DNA of 25,611 nt from Micrococcales bacterium (lineage in GTDB: Bacteria > Actinomycetota > Actinomycetes > Actinomycetales > Dermatophilaceae): contig JANOHS010000581.1 in NCBI GenBank assembly GCA_031406655.1, positions 1 through 25,611 of the forward strand, in the 5' to 3' direction. The position numbers and the translations under genes were made by a program. The notes below the pieces were generated by a model that had not been told where the DNA came from, made no database searches, and saw only the letters and a program-made list of their open reading frames with translations. Each line of letters begins with the position of its first letter. The first letter of the stretch is position 1. This document shows positions 24,695-25,611 of the stretch, piece after piece.

Positions 24695-25189
24695 TCAGCG
24701 ATAGTTGGTGAACTGCACCGCGACGTCGAGGTCAGCGCTTCGTAACATCGCCATGACCGCCTGCAGGTCATCCTTGGACTTGCTCGACACGCGTAGCTCA
24801 TCGCCCTGGATGAGCGGCTTGACGGTCTTGCCGAACTCGTCGCGGATCAGCTTGGAGATCTTCTTGGCGTCCTCCTGGGTGATGCCGTCCTTGAGGGAAG
24901 CCTCGAGGCGGTACTCCTTGCCGGAGAGCTGGGGATCCTTGTCACCGAGGTCCAGGGCCTTGAGGGAGACGTTGCGCCGGATCAGCTTGGTCTGGAAGAC
25001 GTCCAGGACGGCGAGCACGCGCTCCTCGGAGTTGGCCTTCATCAAGATCTTCTCGCCGCTCCACTCGATCGAGGCCCCGACGTTCTTGAAGTCGTATCGC
25101 TGGGAGATCTCCTTCTGCGACTGAGTCAGCGCGTTGCTGACCTCCTGCTTGTCGACCTTGCTCACAACGTCGAACGATGCGTCGGCCAT
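24695..25189 (-). CDS. yajQ: YajQ-family nucleotide (c-di-GMP)-binding protein
   Basis: 164 aa; SFDVVSKVD.QEV.NA, RYDFK, IQGDELRVSSKSKDDLQ and QFTNYR motifs; AGGAG RBS. Confidence 0.95.
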   Translation of the reverse strand: MADASFDVVSKVDKQEVSNALTQSQKEISQRYDFKNVGASIEWSGEKILMKANSEERVLAVLDVFQTKLIRRNVSLKALDLGDKDPQLSGKEYRLEASLKDGITQEDAKKISKLIRDEFGKTVKPLIQGDELRVSSKSKDDLQAVMAMLRSADLDVAVQFTNYR

Positions 25190-25337
25190 GTCGGCTCCTT
25201 TTCGGTTGCGCTGTATGGGTCCCCGCGAGAGCGAGGGGGAGGGTGCTGTGGATCGTGTCAGTAGGGGTGGAGTCCGTATATACGGTGCAGCTGGACGCGT
25301 GGCGGCCCGCCCGAGTGGACGGACGCGCCGGTTCTGT

Positions 25338-25346
25338 TGCTATCCT
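25338..25346 (+). promoter_or_regulatory. Extended -10 promoter element (TGc-TATCCT) for tRNA-Tyr
   Basis: TGn plus TAnnnT, ending 14 nt before the mature tRNA 5' end. Confidence 0.5.
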
Positions 25347-25360
25347 TCCATCCGCACCCT

Positions 25361-25444
25361 GGCAGGTTGCCCGAGCGGCCAATGGGAGTGGACTGTAAAT
25401 CCATCGCGAAAGCTTCGAAGGTTCGAATCCTTCACCTGCCACCA
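25361..25444 (+). tRNA. tRNA-Tyr (GTA)
   Basis: Acceptor stem GGCAGGT/ACCTGCC, discriminator A plus encoded CCA, anticodon loop CT-GTA-AA (GTA at 25395-25397), long variable arm, T-loop GTTCGAATC. Confidence 0.97.
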
Positions 25445-25450
25445 CGTGCT

Positions 25451-25494
25451 GAAAGGGCCCCTGACCTGCGGAAACGCCGGTCAAGGGCCCTTTC
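25451..25494 (+). terminator. Hairpin after tRNA-Tyr, probable terminator
   Basis: GAAAGGGCCC.TGACC.GCG-GAAA-CGC.GGTCA.GGGCCCTTTC: an 18-bp stem with two mismatches and a GNRA tetraloop. Confidence 0.7.
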
Positions 25495-25611
25495 GTGCGG
25501 TCCGGCTGTGGCGGGGTCAAACCGGCTGTCTTACCGGCGTTCGGAGGAATACGGGAGGAAGTTTCGGTCACGTCCGGCTCCTCTGCAACCGTCGTCAGTA
25601 GCTCGGCCTCG

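Noticed and set aside
25361-25611. tRNA-Tyr as an attachment site of an integrated element
   Set aside because: No integrase, no duplicated tRNA 3' end and no other mobility gene in the window; only 167 bp downstream are visible.
1-25611. CRISPR arrays, insertion sequences, rRNA
   Set aside because: No regularly spaced repeat-spacer units, transposase motifs or rRNA-like sequence were seen on reading.

Overview
High-GC actinobacterial-type DNA with two parts. (1) Positions 1-12044 look accessory. A minus-strand operon encodes a ~1816-aa secreted protein (SdrD-B/Cna-B-like repeats, IPT/TIG domain, right-handed beta-helix) followed by three paralogous two-domain cupredoxin (multicopper-oxidase-like) proteins; the last runs off the left edge. 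An OmpR-family response regulator and histidine kinase are transcribed divergently. The three paralogs carry complementary copper ligands. MCO-A has the type-1 site plus four trinuclear-cluster His, all in domain 1. MCO-B has only the other four His, in domain 2. MCO-C has none and continues into an Ig-like extension. This suggests an obligate heteromeric (probably A-B-C heterotrimeric) split multicopper oxidase, the best candidate here for an undescribed system. The 602-bp divergent intergenic region holds a helically phased TCAT array. (2) Positions 12196-25611 are housekeeping-type: a complex-I-like operon nuoA-B-C-H-I-J-K-L-M-N (no nuoD/E/F/G), htpX behind an ECF-sigma-type promoter, pepN, a long hairpin, yajQ and tRNA-Tyr(GTA). 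No CRISPR array, integrase or transposase was seen.
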